A stretch of 64,000 bases of DNA from Lama guanicoe (taxonomy: Eukaryota): the NCBI GenBank assembly GCA_013239625.1, contig MU054117.1, positions 4,020,677 to 4,084,676 on the forward strand. Direction: 5' to 3'. This document shows, piece by piece, positions 35,241 to 47,591 of this stretch. Under the pieces are notes generated by a model. It had not been told where the DNA came from. It worked only from the letters and a program-made list of their open reading frames with translations, and ran no database searches. The translations under genes were made by a program, and so were the position numbers. Numbering within the stretch: the first letter of the stretch is position 1; each line of letters opens with the position of its first letter.

Positions 35241-37460
35241 TCAGTGGGCTTTGACGCTAGTGATGCTGGCTCCTTTGCCCTTCCTGAGGCACTTACGCTT
35301 TCTACCGCTGCCTTCTGCTGTTTTGCTTTTATAAAGCAACACAGACAAAATTACAATAAATGTAGCAACCGCACAAGCTCTGTGCCCGAGGCAAGGGCGA
35401 CGGCGACACGCAGCGCCCCCACATGGGAGCTTGTGTGGCTTGGCCGCCCCGCCTGGAAGTTCCAACCCGGCACTTGGAAAGGGCTCCGGGGGCATCAGCA
35501 CACAATGGCCAGCACGTGTGCTGAGCTCGAGGGACATTTATGAAAGGCCAGGACTTGCTCCATAAAACAAGAGCCCGGAGCAGGGGCAGGGAGTGGGTGG
35601 GATGAGCGTCACCCCCCTCTCGTCCGGGAGCCAGTGAGGCTTTCCTGTCCTCGAACCAGGGAGCAGACGGTCTCCCCCAGGCAGCTGTGTGCGCGGGGCG
35701 GGGTGGGGGGAGGATCTGGGAGAGATGCAGAGGCAGGGAGGCTGCCCTGCCGGATGGCCCCTGTGCTCCTTGGCAGAGGTCCTCCTGCTCCCTGAATCTG
35801 CCCGTCTGTTTTCCCCTGCAAGTGTGCTCTGGGCTCGGACCTTCTGAGGCGCCCAGGCTGCAGCTCCCAGAGGCTTAAGGACAGGCGCGGGACATGGGGC
35901 GTCTGGGCCGGCGAGCCTGGGAACCGGGGCGGGGGTGTCTGCGCAGGGAAGCTGGCCCAGCCCGGTCATAAACGCCGTCCTCTTCGGGACACGCAGGAGT
36001 ATTTTATTGTTTCATTGAAAACTGAGCCCCTAGCGCAGCTGTTCTGCCCAAGAATTCCAGGGGGCAGGGCCGGCGGTGCGGGAAGCGGGGAGAGGGCGGC
36101 TTGTCAAGTAGCTGAGATCTCGTTCCTGGGGTTGAGGGGAAGTCGGACGCGGTTCCGGGGCTCCGCTCCTTCTTGCCCCACACACCAGGGCGCCGGCTCC
36201 GCTCGGGGCCATCAGGACACCGGGGCCGTGCGTTTAATCCCCGTCCGCCAAGCAGATGGCTTCTGGGCCAGCTCTGACAGTCTGTTTTCAAACAGGAGAA
36301 AGTTTAGGGGAAAGAAAACACTGGAGAAGAAAGCCTGCTCCGTGTTAGAGGTGACAGGTTGGGCGGCGCTGCAGGCGCCCGCCTCTCCTCCCGGGTTTTC
36401 ACGGAGGCTCTCGCGCCGGCTGCTCCGTCCACCTGGGCTGCTCTCTCCTCCGAGGTCCACGGGGCCACCTCCTCCTTGTCTAGCAGGTTGAAACTTTAAA
36501 GGCCACCTCCCCAAGGAGCTGCCCTGACCACCCAGTGTCACCGTCACCGTCTGACTGTCCCCCACCCGATACTGTCATACAGGTGACAGCACAGGCACTT
36601 TGAGAGCAGGGACTGTCTGCTTTTTTTCTCACCCATCAACCAGCACCTAGAAGGCCATCCCGCACATCGCAGGCATTCGGTAAACACATCTTATCATGCT
36701 GAAGAAGTGAATGGTGTTTAAGACCGGGCTGTGCAGTTTCTTTGATGAAAAGCTGGAGAAAATGGAACATGATGGAACAGAGTGGAGGTTAAGGAGAGGG
36801 ACCTGAATCAGGAAAGAAAAATGATGCTTTTTTTTTTTGTCAGGTTATCACCTTCCCACAAACAGGCACTTTGAGAGCAGATCCCATCAGGCTGGCAGCT
36901 CAGAGACACCGGGATGGCCTCCCAGCATCCACGTGACTTCAGTTTTGTCTCCGTTTGTAAATCACATCCCTACACGACACAGTCTGAAATCAGTCTCATT
37001 TTTAAAATGTTTTCCTACAACCTAATAACTTTGGCTTCCTCCCTCACTCTGGAAGGGGGCATCATCTTACAATGTGAAAGTCAAAAAGCAGAGCCTTCCT
37101 GTCCCTCCGGACATCTCTGGATTCTCTTTCAGCCAACAGTAGCTGTGTGACCTTGCTCAAGTCACTACCCGTCTCTGGGCCTCCGTTTCCTGTAAAGGGA
37201 GGAGATGCTGCTGGCTGATGGCCAGGGTCCGTCTAGAGGACTGTGAGCTTCTGATGCTCGTGCCCAGGGAGCATCCACAGAGGGGGTGAGGGGCTCCGTG
37301 ACTCAGGATCCCGGAGAGTCACGGGAAGCAGAGGGCCTGTTCCCAGTGTCCAGGCCTCTGCCTGCTTTCCCCTGGGGCTGGTCCTTCCTTTGTAATATTC
37401 CACTACAACATATCATGAGGACCCTGTTTGATAAGACAGGAAAAGCAATGTTACTCCAGG

Positions 37461-37962
37461 GTAGACTGGCTGCAAAAATGGCCCCCATTCCCCACCCCGC
37501 CCTGTTTCTGAGTCCTTTGCGCTGTGAGTTCACGCTCCTCTCTTCAGGAGGTGGAGCCTAGCCCTCTACTCCTTCAGTTTGGACTGGCTTGGGGGTTGCT
37601 TTGGCCAAAAGAATGCACTAGAAGTATCAGTGTGTAAACCTGGAGCCGAGGTTACAAAAGGCCTTCATAATCCTTTCTCCTTCTGAGGCCCCTGTCACTG
37701 CCATGAAGGTAGCCCTAGGCTAGCCTGTTGGAGGCTGAGACACGTGGCACAGTGCCTGCCAGACCAGCCTAGGCCAAGGCCATTCTAGATTAGCCAACAG
37801 CCAGCAGACAACCAGACACATGAATGAGCCAACTGCCCAGCCAGTATCAGTCAAGCCTGGCTCAGACTAGCAGAACAGTGCAGCCAGTGACCCACAGACT
37901 TGTGAGGAATGATAAAGGCTTGTTTCAGGGTGATTTGTTACACAGCAGTAGCTGATTGATTA
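37461..37962 (+). mobile_element. MaLR solo LTR (MLT1F/G/H-like)
   Basis: gctgcaaaaatggccccc...ttgctttggccaaaagaatg...gacccacagacttgtgag...gggtgatttgttacacagcagtagctga. Confidence 0.8.
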
Positions 37963-38079
37963 AATTCCCTGAGTGTCCCTCCCACGGTATCCCAGCCCTC
38001 CCTTATTTTGCACCCCCTTGCACATGGTCTGCCCTTCCTGCCTGAGTATTGCCTAAGTTACTTCTTAAAAATACAACCT

Positions 38080-38222
38080 CCCTTTCTGGGTGTATATCCA
38101 GAGGAAACTGTAATTTGAAAAGATATTTGCACCCCAATGTCCACCACAGCACTATTTACAATAGCCAAGACATGGAAGCAACCTTACTGTCCATTGACAG
38201 ATGAATGGATAAAGAAGATGTG

Positions 38223-38269
<47 letters not shown>

Positions 38270-38745
38270 ATGGAATACTACTCAGCCATAAAAAAGAATG
38301 AATTAATGCCATTTACAGCAACATGGATGGACCTATAGAGCATCATACTAAGTGAACTAAGTCAGACAGAGAAAGACAAATATCATATGATATCACTTAT
38401 ATGGGGAATCTAAAAAAATGATACAAATGAACTTATTTACAAAACAGAAAGAGACTCACAGACATAGAAAACAAACTTATGGCGACCAAAGGAGAAAGGG
38501 TCAGGGAGAGGGATAAATTATGAGTTTAGGATTTGTATATACTAAAATAAATAGATAAACAACAAGGTCCTACTGTATAGCAAGGGAACTATATTCAATA
38601 CCTTGTAAAGGCTTATAATGACAAAGAACATGAAAAGGAATGTACATATATATGTATAAATGAATCACTATGCTGTACACCAGAAATTAACACAACATTG
38701 TAAAACAGTAAAATGACTATACTTCAATAAAAATAAATTTAAAAA
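38080..38745 (+). mobile_element. 5'-truncated LINE-1 (end of ORF2 and 3' UTR)
   Basis: Typical L1 3' motifs cacagcactatttacaatagccaagacatggaagcaacct, gatgaatggataaagaagatgtgg, catggatggaccta, gagaaagacaaatatcatatgatatcactta; ends gactatacttcaataaaa plus an A-rich tail. Confidence 0.93.
38225..38268. repeat. (AC)22 microsatellite inside an L1
   Basis: Read directly; expanded from the L1 tggtacatatacacaatgg site. Confidence 0.95.
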
Positions 38746-39634
38746 CAGCAGTAAAAAAAAGAAAAAGAATATGAAAAAGAATAAAACTAAACTTCAATTT
38801 AAAAACCCTCTTGTAAGTGTGAGCAAAGGCATACGTACTCTGCCTACATGGTGTAATTTGTGTAATTTTATTTTTCAGGGTTTTTAAAAACTGGGTGGCA
38901 TGAAGTATCAGCTGCTTAGGGCAGCCATTGTATCTGAAATTGTCGCCCAAGAATCAGCCTTCTGAACGGCAGTGCAGATGGTACACGTCAGGGGGATGAA
39001 CACACACCCCCATCTCCACCTCGGTGGCGGGAGCTATCAGGTGAAGTGGAAGTCAGATGCAGGAATGATCGCTTTTGTGGTCAGGAAGGGACCCCGCGGG
39101 GTGCAGATTCACCAGGATGCTCCCGCAGAGCATCTGGAATTAAGCACCCAAGGAGCCCAAGGCACGTCCTCACCCACAGTGTTGCTGAGGACCGACCTGC
39201 TTTCTGGGGCAGGCGCTCCGTTTCCCTTGTGCCTTTGGTTGGAAGTCTGTAATAAACAAGGCAGCGCCCCTGCCCTCCGGGAACTTACTAGTTCATAACC
39301 CCAAAGGGGCAGAAATGCGGCTGTTTATCATTGAATCAGATTTAGTTATTCCTCCTAAAAATCTAGATATAAAGCCAGATTAATCAATGATCAACAGTCA
39401 GACATCCCAGTTGGGAAGATATTTACATTACTTTTGAGTTTATAGTTCTCCAAGTGTTCTTCAAATTGCACTTCTCTTTGTAGGTACTATTAATATTCAA
39501 AGGCCAAATCTGAATCTCCAGCCCTCTCCCCAAACCCATCTCCCACCTTTCTACATGATTCTTCTGGTCACCTAATCACTCAGGTCAAAAATACAGGAAT
39601 ATCATGTAAAAAGGTTCAAAACTACATGTATTTA

Positions 39635-39795
39635 AACAACAGGTTCCTACTGTATGGCATGGGGAAATATATTCAATATCTTGTAGTAATCTATAATGAA
39701 AATGAACATATGTATGCATATGGATGACTGAAACACAGCTGTACGCGCTGTACGCCAGAAACTGACATATTATAACACACTACTTCAATTTAAAA
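39635..39795 (+). mobile_element. Short LINE-1 3' end with degenerate 17-bp TSD
   Basis: Similar to 38555-38730; flanked by aaaactacatgtattta (39618-39634) and aaaactgtatgtattta (39796-39812). Confidence 0.85.
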
Positions 39796-40709
39796 AAAAC
39801 TGTATGTATTTATATATAAGGTATATTATTCTTTCTTTTTTTTTTAATGGAATGTTTCCCAGTGAAATAGCGAGGCTGCTGCCAGTGGACATGTATTTTA
39901 ACAAAAGTGTGGGCACAAGTCTGCAGCACCAGGGACCGGGGACAGCAGGGCCCCATGACCCAGGGAAGGCCAGACTTGGGTGCAAAAATTAAGAGGATGT
40001 CAAAAAACACAAATCAAGATTTTAAAAAATACTGCAAAGCAGCATAGCAACATTTTCAAGTTAAAATTAACGTGGCAGGTCCGACATCCGGAGGGAGCTC
40101 TGCCTTCAGGGAAGCAGAGTCATGGGCAGGAAGGAACCGCAGCTCCCAGCCTCAGTTCCCGTGTCTGCGCAGAGGCTGACAGTGACACTACAATGCCTGG
40201 CTCGCAGGGTCTGGAGGGCTGAGGGGGAGAAGGCACGTGAAAGTATTTTGTAAAGTACGAAGCATGCTCATTTTCCACTTGGGGTGGGAGGGCTGGTGCC
40301 TGTTTCATCCCAAAACAGAAAACCACAGAAAAGCTCTGGGGACACACTGTCTTCTGTACTTTAAAATCAGATGCAGAAAGCATTTTCCTTACGTTAGGAT
40401 GCCAGGGAGCTGTCCTTGTTGGACGGAGCCCTTCCATCCAGAAGTAAGGCTCTAATACCGACTTTCTCCTGTTTTCCTGAGATGTTTTAAATCCACGTCC
40501 CCCATCGCCTCTCACCAACCTTACAGGCAAAGCAGAGACTTAATAATCAGTAAAGTGCTTTATGCTTTGGAGAAGAGAGAGGGTCACCTAGACAAATCAG
40601 GGTGTCATCAGCCTGAGGGACCTGTCCCAAGAGAAATACGTATCCTCTGGCAGAGTTCAGAAATATAGGAGAAGGTAGATGCATGTAAAATGTCTAAAAT
40701 GTTCCCAAA

Positions 40710-40860
40710 GGAGGGACGGTAAAGCTCAGAGTGTGTGCTCAGCATACACGAGGTCCTGGGTTCAATCCCCAGTACCTCCACCAAAAATAAACGAACCTAA
40801 TTGCCTCCCCTCCCCACTGTCGAAACAAAATAATTAAATAACACCATTTTAAAAAAAACA
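40710..40860 (+). mobile_element. tRNA-derived SINE (Vic-1-like)
   Basis: agctcagagtgtgtgctcagcatacacgaggtcctgggttcaatccccagtacctcca...aacctaattgcctcccc and an A-rich tail; matches the copy at 13050. Confidence 0.88.
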
Positions 40861-43169
40861 ACAGCTAACAACAAACTTAATTGATCAAAAAGGTGGTAGT
40901 AGTATCAATGCCCGAAACATTGCGCGCACCCTCCCCATCTGGCCCGGACACAGCTTCTGAGGTGCTTGGGCGCAGCTCGAGTTCTTCCTCAGAGCTGTTT
41001 TGTAGGCAAGCAGGTGTCCCCAGGGGCCGCATCTTTGCACAAGGAGTGGTCACCCAGCCAAGGGGAGTCTGTAAGAGCTGGAGTAGGAGGAGCCAACAGG
41101 AGACGGGGCAGAGGGGCAGAGGGACAGCCTGACGGGGAAGCAGAGGCCCAGGGAGTGGGTATGGATGTTGGGGGTAAGGCTGGGCCCTACTGGGCGGGCC
41201 AGGCTCCGGCCCGAAGCCAGGGTGGGGCTGGGTGTTGCAGAGGCAGTGCGATGACAAACATGAAGCCTGAGGTTCCCTCCCGGAGAGAAGGTGGTGGACC
41301 GGGTCCAGCAGCAGGCAGTGCCAGGGGGTCAGCCCTCCCACTCAGAGCCTCGGGCAGTGGCTGGACACCAGGGTCCAGCCCCAGGCACAGGGATGGTGTG
41401 CCCCAGGCTCTAGATTTGGGGCGGATCCTAACCTTATAAGCAGCTCTGCTGGGCTCCTTCGTTCCTTACGATGCTCTGAAGTCACATGATGTCCATTTAT
41501 GGGGGAGGAAACTGAGGCACAGAGAGGTTCAAGGACAGGGCTGCTGGTGGCAGAGCCGGAACTGAGACCCGAGTGTGTGTGATTCCCAAGCCTGCGCTCT
41601 TCACCAAGGCATGAAGACGGAGCAGAAGCCAACGCATGAGGTGCGCCCCAAACCTGGAGCTGGTGTAGAGCAAAGACTATGTGGGTGTTCAATGGATTCC
41701 CCAGCCTTCCAGACACCGGGCAGTGCCGGTGACACAGAGGCCTGGGAGGCTGGGGAGACGGGCAGACGCTGTCCTGGGCCCTCCAGCTCCCTCCAGGAGG
41801 CTTGGCGGGTAGGCCTTGGAAGGGCTGGAGAAAGTCAGGGCAGTGGTAAAGACAGCCCCTGCAGAGCAGGAGGCCAAGACCTGGCCAGGACGCCACGGGC
41901 ATCAGTCAGCCAGTGTCTGCAGGGACTTCACAGCGAGGACAGGTGCAGGCTGGAATGAACCCAGGTGTGAGCGCGGGAGGCGGCTGGGGTAAGAGCGGCC
42001 ATGATGACATTGGTGAGAAGTGGTCAAGGCTCAAGAGGTGGAGAAGGACGTGTCTGGCACGGAGGGCGAGGCAGGCAGGCGTTTCGGGCTGGGGCAGGGC
42101 TGTGCATGGGACCGCTCAGAGGTGGGGCCGGGGGAGAGACCTGCCTGGAGTCAGGCCAAGTGACTTCAAAGCCCAGGCTGCCACATGTCAAGCTGGTGAC
42201 TATGGGCCCATCCATAACTTACCTGAGCTTCTATTCTTTACCTGTAAAAAAGGAAGGAATGACACAAACCTCCCGGGCTGTGGCTTTGAGGGCTAAGCTA
42301 GATTGGTGTGAGCACCCCAGACGCAGAGCTATGATTGGATCACGGCTGACGGTGCGCAGGTGGGAGGGGAAAGAGGCACAGGGATGCTGGGGCAGGGTTG
42401 ACACAAAGACACCTCACATCACAGGAGGCGGTAAATGACACCACAGGAGCAGAGAGGGAGCACGGGGCTCGCAGCCCGTTTCCCCCAAGAGCTCGGGGCT
42501 GACGGCATCGCCGGGGGTGGCCCCTGTTCCACACGGAGTGTGTGCGGTACCCACCTGCCTGGGCTCCTTGGACGAACTCCAGAATGCCAGGCAGCCAGAC
42601 GTGAGGTCATGCATTTACAACAGGGAGCCGTGCAGCTGGGGTGGTGGGAAGAGGGCTGTGGGGCAGGGGCTTGGCCCCATCCCAGCTCTCCCGTGGGGAC
42701 CCGGGCTGCCCAGGGGAACTTGACCGAGACCCCCGACACCACTGCTTTAGGTGCAGAGTGGGAGGAAGGGGTCCAGCGTCTCTGCCCTCCCGCGCTGCCC
42801 TGTCTCCTTTTCCCTGTCCCGGTCTGGGTGGCCCCTCCGGAGCCAAGCTCCTGGGCTTGGTGACAGGCGCTGGCATGGCCGACAGGTGTGACAGGCGCCA
42901 CACGCGAGCACAGGCGATCGGGGCTTTCAGGGACTGCCCGGCACCTCGGGCAATGGAAGCTCTCCCAGAAGCAGCCCTGCTGGGGAGGAGGCCGTGCCCC
43001 AGCCCGCAGACGTGGCCACCAGGGCCGAGGGGAAAGGCCGCCGGGGGCGGGGCCAAGGGGGGAGGTGACAAAGGACTCCAGCGGCCCCGTGACCAGGCCC
43101 CACACTTCGCAGATGGGGAAACTGAGGCCAGAGATGGGACGGAAACTTCTCAACCAACATGAGGAGTCA

Positions 43170-43645
43170 GTGGTTATAGAAAGATGAAAATGTCCCCGTG
43201 CCCTAAAGAGACCCACCCCCCTAGTATCTGGAACCTGTGAATGTCACCTTCCATGGGGGCAGGTCTGCAGATGTGATCAGATTAAGGATTTTGAGGTGAG
43301 GAATTTATCCTGGATTATCTGGAAGGGTCCTAAATGCGATCCTATAAGAGGCACCCTATACCCTGTAAGAGGTGCCCTATAAGAGGGAGGCACAGGGAGA
43401 CTTGTCAACAGATGCAGAACACGGGAAGAGGAGCGTGAAGATGCTGACTGAGAAGACAGCAGGGCTGCAGCCACAGACCACCAGCCCCTGGAAGAAAGAG
43501 CACAGATTCTCCCCTGGCGCGTCAGGAGGGAGACACCTCGATTTCGGCCCAGTGAAACCGATTTCAGACTTCTGGGCCCCAGAATCGTGAGGGAATAAAT
43601 GTCTGGTTTTTTAAAGCTACCAACGTTGCTGTGATTTGTTGAGGC
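43170..43645 (+). mobile_element. MaLR solo LTR (MLT1D-like)
   Basis: ggaacctgtgaatgtcacctt...gcagatgtgat..attaaggattttgag...atcctggattatct...cagacttctgg...aataaatgtctggttttttaaagc. Confidence 0.85.
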
Positions 43646-44659
43646 CCAGGCCCCAGCCCGGAGCTGGGCTTTTCCTGTCATCGCCCCCTGGACTGACAGG
43701 CAGGAGGGGTGATGGGGCCGGGATCAGGGGTCACCCACCAGCCCTGCTTGGTCCTAAGCAATAGGGACAAAGACGCACTCTCTGGAGACAGGAGACCGGC
43801 CAGCGAGGGAAAAGCCACAGGAAACTTGCTCATTCTGCCCAGTGTGTGCGAAGAGAGTCAACAGGGCCAGGATGAAGGCCGGGCCCCGACTCCTGGGCTC
43901 GGGTGCTGGGCATTCCACACGTGAGAAGGCAGCGGCCGGGCGGCCTCGGCTTATCTGGAAAAATCCTGAAGCTGGAGCCAGGCCTGCGAACCCACCCCAG
44001 CCCAGCCCCCCGCACCTAGGTGGCTGTGGAGGCCTGGGCCTCCTGGAGGTTTTAACAGGTCAAAGCGGAAGTGTGTGCGAAAGGGCTTCGGTAATCGGAG
44101 AGGTCCTGTCTCGAAGGGGTTGTTATCTCCACCCCCTCAGCTTTGCTGGTTTCCCTAACCAGGTCCTACTACGCCCGGCCGGGCGGGCTCGCGGGGCGGG
44201 CAGGGAGGTTGTGATGCCAGGCACGCCTGACCCAGAGCCGGTGCGTCCGCTGCTGGAAAACAGCAGAACAAACGTTACCCGAGGGCCCACGCTACCCACT
44301 TCCAAGCAGCTGGGGGGGAGGGGGACAGCCTGGTCCCTGGAGAGCCACCCGTCTAGCAGGGACACTAAACGCATCCGTGGGAGATGGCCTTATTAGAAAG
44401 CAGCACATCTACAGATGCCAAGTGATGCAACCCACACGATATGCAGATGCTGGAAGCCCCTGCTCTTGCATCTGTAAAACGGGGGTAGTGATGCAATTAC
44501 GTCGTGGGGTTCCAGGAGGAGGAAATGAATTAATGAAGGGTGGTGCGTGTATACGGGCTCAATAATTACTTCTGCTCCTGTTGCGGGGAGTAACGGTGTT
44601 ACCGCTACGGCTGTTACCAGCGCGACCACGTCCACGGGGCTTTAACGGCTCTTCCTGAG

Positions 44660-45810
44660 TCCGTTGGCCGTTGGGGTTTTCCCCGATGTGAACTGCTCAT
44701 TCATATCATTTTCCCATTATTCCACTGGGCACCCATGTTTTTGTTGCTGATTTGTGTTTTTTGAACATCCTATATACTAATTCCATGTTTATTTTTTTCC
44801 CCATGTTTATTTTTTATTGTTGCTAATACCTTCTCCCAATCTGTTGCTGGTTTATTATCTTTTGATGTCTTCTGTGAAATAAAAATGTTGATAAAGTCAA
44901 ATCTGCCTTTTCTTATTTCCTTGTGGTTTGTGCTTTGGAAGTGTTATTTAATCAATCCTTACCCCCCACCTCCCAAAATTACAAATATATTATAAATGTT
45001 ACTTTTCAAATATAGACCACTGATCTTTCGGAAGTTCGCATTTACTTTGGGTGAGATAGGTATACAATTTTATTTTTCTCCAGTGTAATTTTTCTCTTTT
45101 TTTCATGATTTTGTGGTGATTCATACATATGTATTTAGGAGAGGAATATGTAATATAAATGAAATAAGGTTTCCTACATAGAGCTCGGCATCGGTCTCTT
45201 TGTCTATCCTCACACTAAAATTGCAATGCTTTTATTACTCAATTACTATGAGTTTATAATATTCTCATATTTTCCAACTGAGTAAGATGACTATCCTGAC
45301 CTATTTTTCTTTTACAAAATTTAATTAGCCATTTTTGGATCTATATTCTTTGATACATATCTGGAATATACTTATGTTCCACAAAAAAATCTTATGAGAT
45401 TTAAACTGGAATTGCAACAAATTTATAGATTAGAGAGAACTGACATATTTAGAATGTTAGATTGATCATTCATGAATAAGATACTTCTCTTCATTTATTT
45501 CAATACTTTCTCACTATTTGAGTTTTTAACTTACCTGCAAGACCTTACACATCTTTCTGATTTTTTTCTTCTGCTAGTTTTGCTTCTTTCAGAATTTCAT
45601 TCATTATATCTGTTTTCAAACATTTTTTCTGAAATACTTCATGGTAGTTCTTTTATTATTTTAAGATCTCAGCTGTGTCAACAGTTACTTTTTCTTTCAT
45701 TCTATATTTTTAAACTTGTCTCTTGTTTCCTTTCTTAAAATTTTGTTGTCTTCAGAGACTTATTAGTATATACTTTTTCAGAAAACCAGCCTTTATTTTG
45801 GTCAATTTTT

Positions 45811-45876
<66 letters not shown>

Positions 45877-46830
45877 NNNNNNNNNNNNNNNNNNNNNNNN
45901 NNNNNNNNNNNNNNNNNNNNNNNNNNNNNNNNNNNNNNNNNNNNNNNNNNNTTTTTTTTTTCTTTTTTTTTTTTTAGTTCATCATTTTGTTGATTTCTGC
46001 CCTCATTTTAATTTTCTATTTCCTTCTCAGTTCTTTGGGTTTAAACAATTGCTCTTTTTCTAACTCCTTGAGTTGAAAGCTTAGCTCATTTGTTTTTGTT
46101 CTTTCTTGCTTTGTTATAAATGTGTTTAAAGCTGTAAATTTCTCTCAAAGAAGTTGTGCCCCACATATTCTGAAACATGGTTCTTTCATTTTGTTCAGTT
46201 TTAAGTACTTCATACCTTCCGCTGTGATTGCCTCCTCAACCAGCGTGTTATTGGTAGTGCAATTTGTAGTTCCCAGGCATACGGGATTTTTAAAAAATTA
46301 TCCTCTTATTATCAGGTCCTGATTTTACAGCATGTTGGTCAGACTGTCGTTTGTGTCATGTGGGTTCTTTGGAATTTATTGAGGCTTCCTTTGTCACTCA
46401 AGTCTAATGTTGACTTTTGTGAACGTTCCAAGTGTTCTTGAAAAGATACGTGTTCTACATTTATTAGGTGTGAAATACCTGCGTATTAGCTCAGCTTATT
46501 AATCACATCGTTGTATGAGTCAAATCTACAACGTCTCCCCCCTTCCTTTTTTTTTCTCTTTTTGTCAGTTTGATTGATTAGTTTCATGGACGAATGTGTT
46601 AAAATTACCATCTGCAATAAATGATTTATCTATTTATTTCAATAATCATGTCTCAGTTTTTTTAACTCTATCTCAGTGTTTTATTATTAGGTGCATATAG
46701 CTTAGTGATCACTGTATTTCCCTTGGCTATTCGTTCTACTGATATATAATATAATCTTTCTTTGTTCTTTTGGATGGAGTTCATGACTCCAAGTCCATTT
46801 GGTCTGAAAAAAGCTGACATCTTACATATG
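44660..46830 (-). mobile_element. Ancient, fragmented LINE-1 (L1M-type) ORF2 region
   Basis: T-rich 2.2-kb block with antisense L1 motifs: ccatttttggatctatattc, ggaattgcaacaaatttatagatt, aactgacatatttagaatgtt, tttaaagctgtaaatttctctc, ggaatttattgaggctt. Confidence 0.8.
45877..45951. other. Assembly gap (75 N) inside a poly(T) tract
   Basis: Run of N preceded by 63 T (45814-45876) and followed by further T to 45975. Confidence 0.99.
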
Positions 46831-46899
46831 TTTTTGAAATATATTTGCAGGATTTTAGGAAAGACCTAAGTTTCTTCACATGACTAAGTCTTTCCTTTA

Positions 46900-47172
46900 T
46901 TTGGACCTGAGATTAAATGTCACCTTCTCTGACAACGCAAGCCAGCGTAGCCCACTGAGCACTGTGTCTCATCAAATTGCTTTATTTTCTGCGTGATTCT
47001 TACCATGATCTGATTCTTTTGCTTACTTGTTTATTGCTCTCTTTTTACATCATCCCACAACTCCCACCATCATGAAGGACTTGGTAACTTCATGGAAGTG
47101 GGGACCTTGTCTGCATTGTTCACTGCTGTATCTCCAGTGCCTGGCACAAAATAGATGCCTAGTAAATGTTAA
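46900..47172 (+). mobile_element. LINE-2 3' end
   Basis: aaatgtcaccttctctg...gggaccttgtctgcattgttcactgctgtatctccagtgcctggcaca...tagtaaatgtt. Confidence 0.8.
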
Positions 47173-47591
47173 TGTGGTAGACAAGATGCTCTAAAATATT
47201 TGCTGCCCTTCAGTGCTGGGCCCTTTCCTACAGGTCCCTCCGTGACGCTTTTTCTTGTAGGAGGAGTGCATGTCCCACCAAGGACCATGTGACCATTTTG
47301 GCCAATAGAAATCACTGTGGTTATTTGGCCAATGCAAGTGAAGTGATACATGCTGCTACGAGCAGGAGCTTGAAGGACCAACGCACGGTTTCCCTCCTGC
47401 TTCGTTCCTCCTTCACGAGACCAAGAAAGAGGCTACTCTCTGTATCTGGTCCAGTAATGAAGCCTGGGTCTGCCTTACCCTATGAAGGACCCATAACGTG
47501 GGTAAGAAAAAAGAACCTTCGAAGCATAAGATGCTGAGATCTGGGAGGTGGTTGTTACTGCAGCAAAATCTAGGGAAAGCTAACAAACACA
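47173..47591 (+). mobile_element. Old MaLR LTR (MLT1I/J-like)
   Basis: tgtggtagac...ccatgtgaccattttggccaat...aagcctgggtc...gctgagatctgggaggtggttgttactgcagcaaaatctag...aaca. Confidence 0.7.

Noticed and set aside
45723..45977. Poly-Phe ORF
   Set aside because: Artefact of the poly(T) tract and the N gap.
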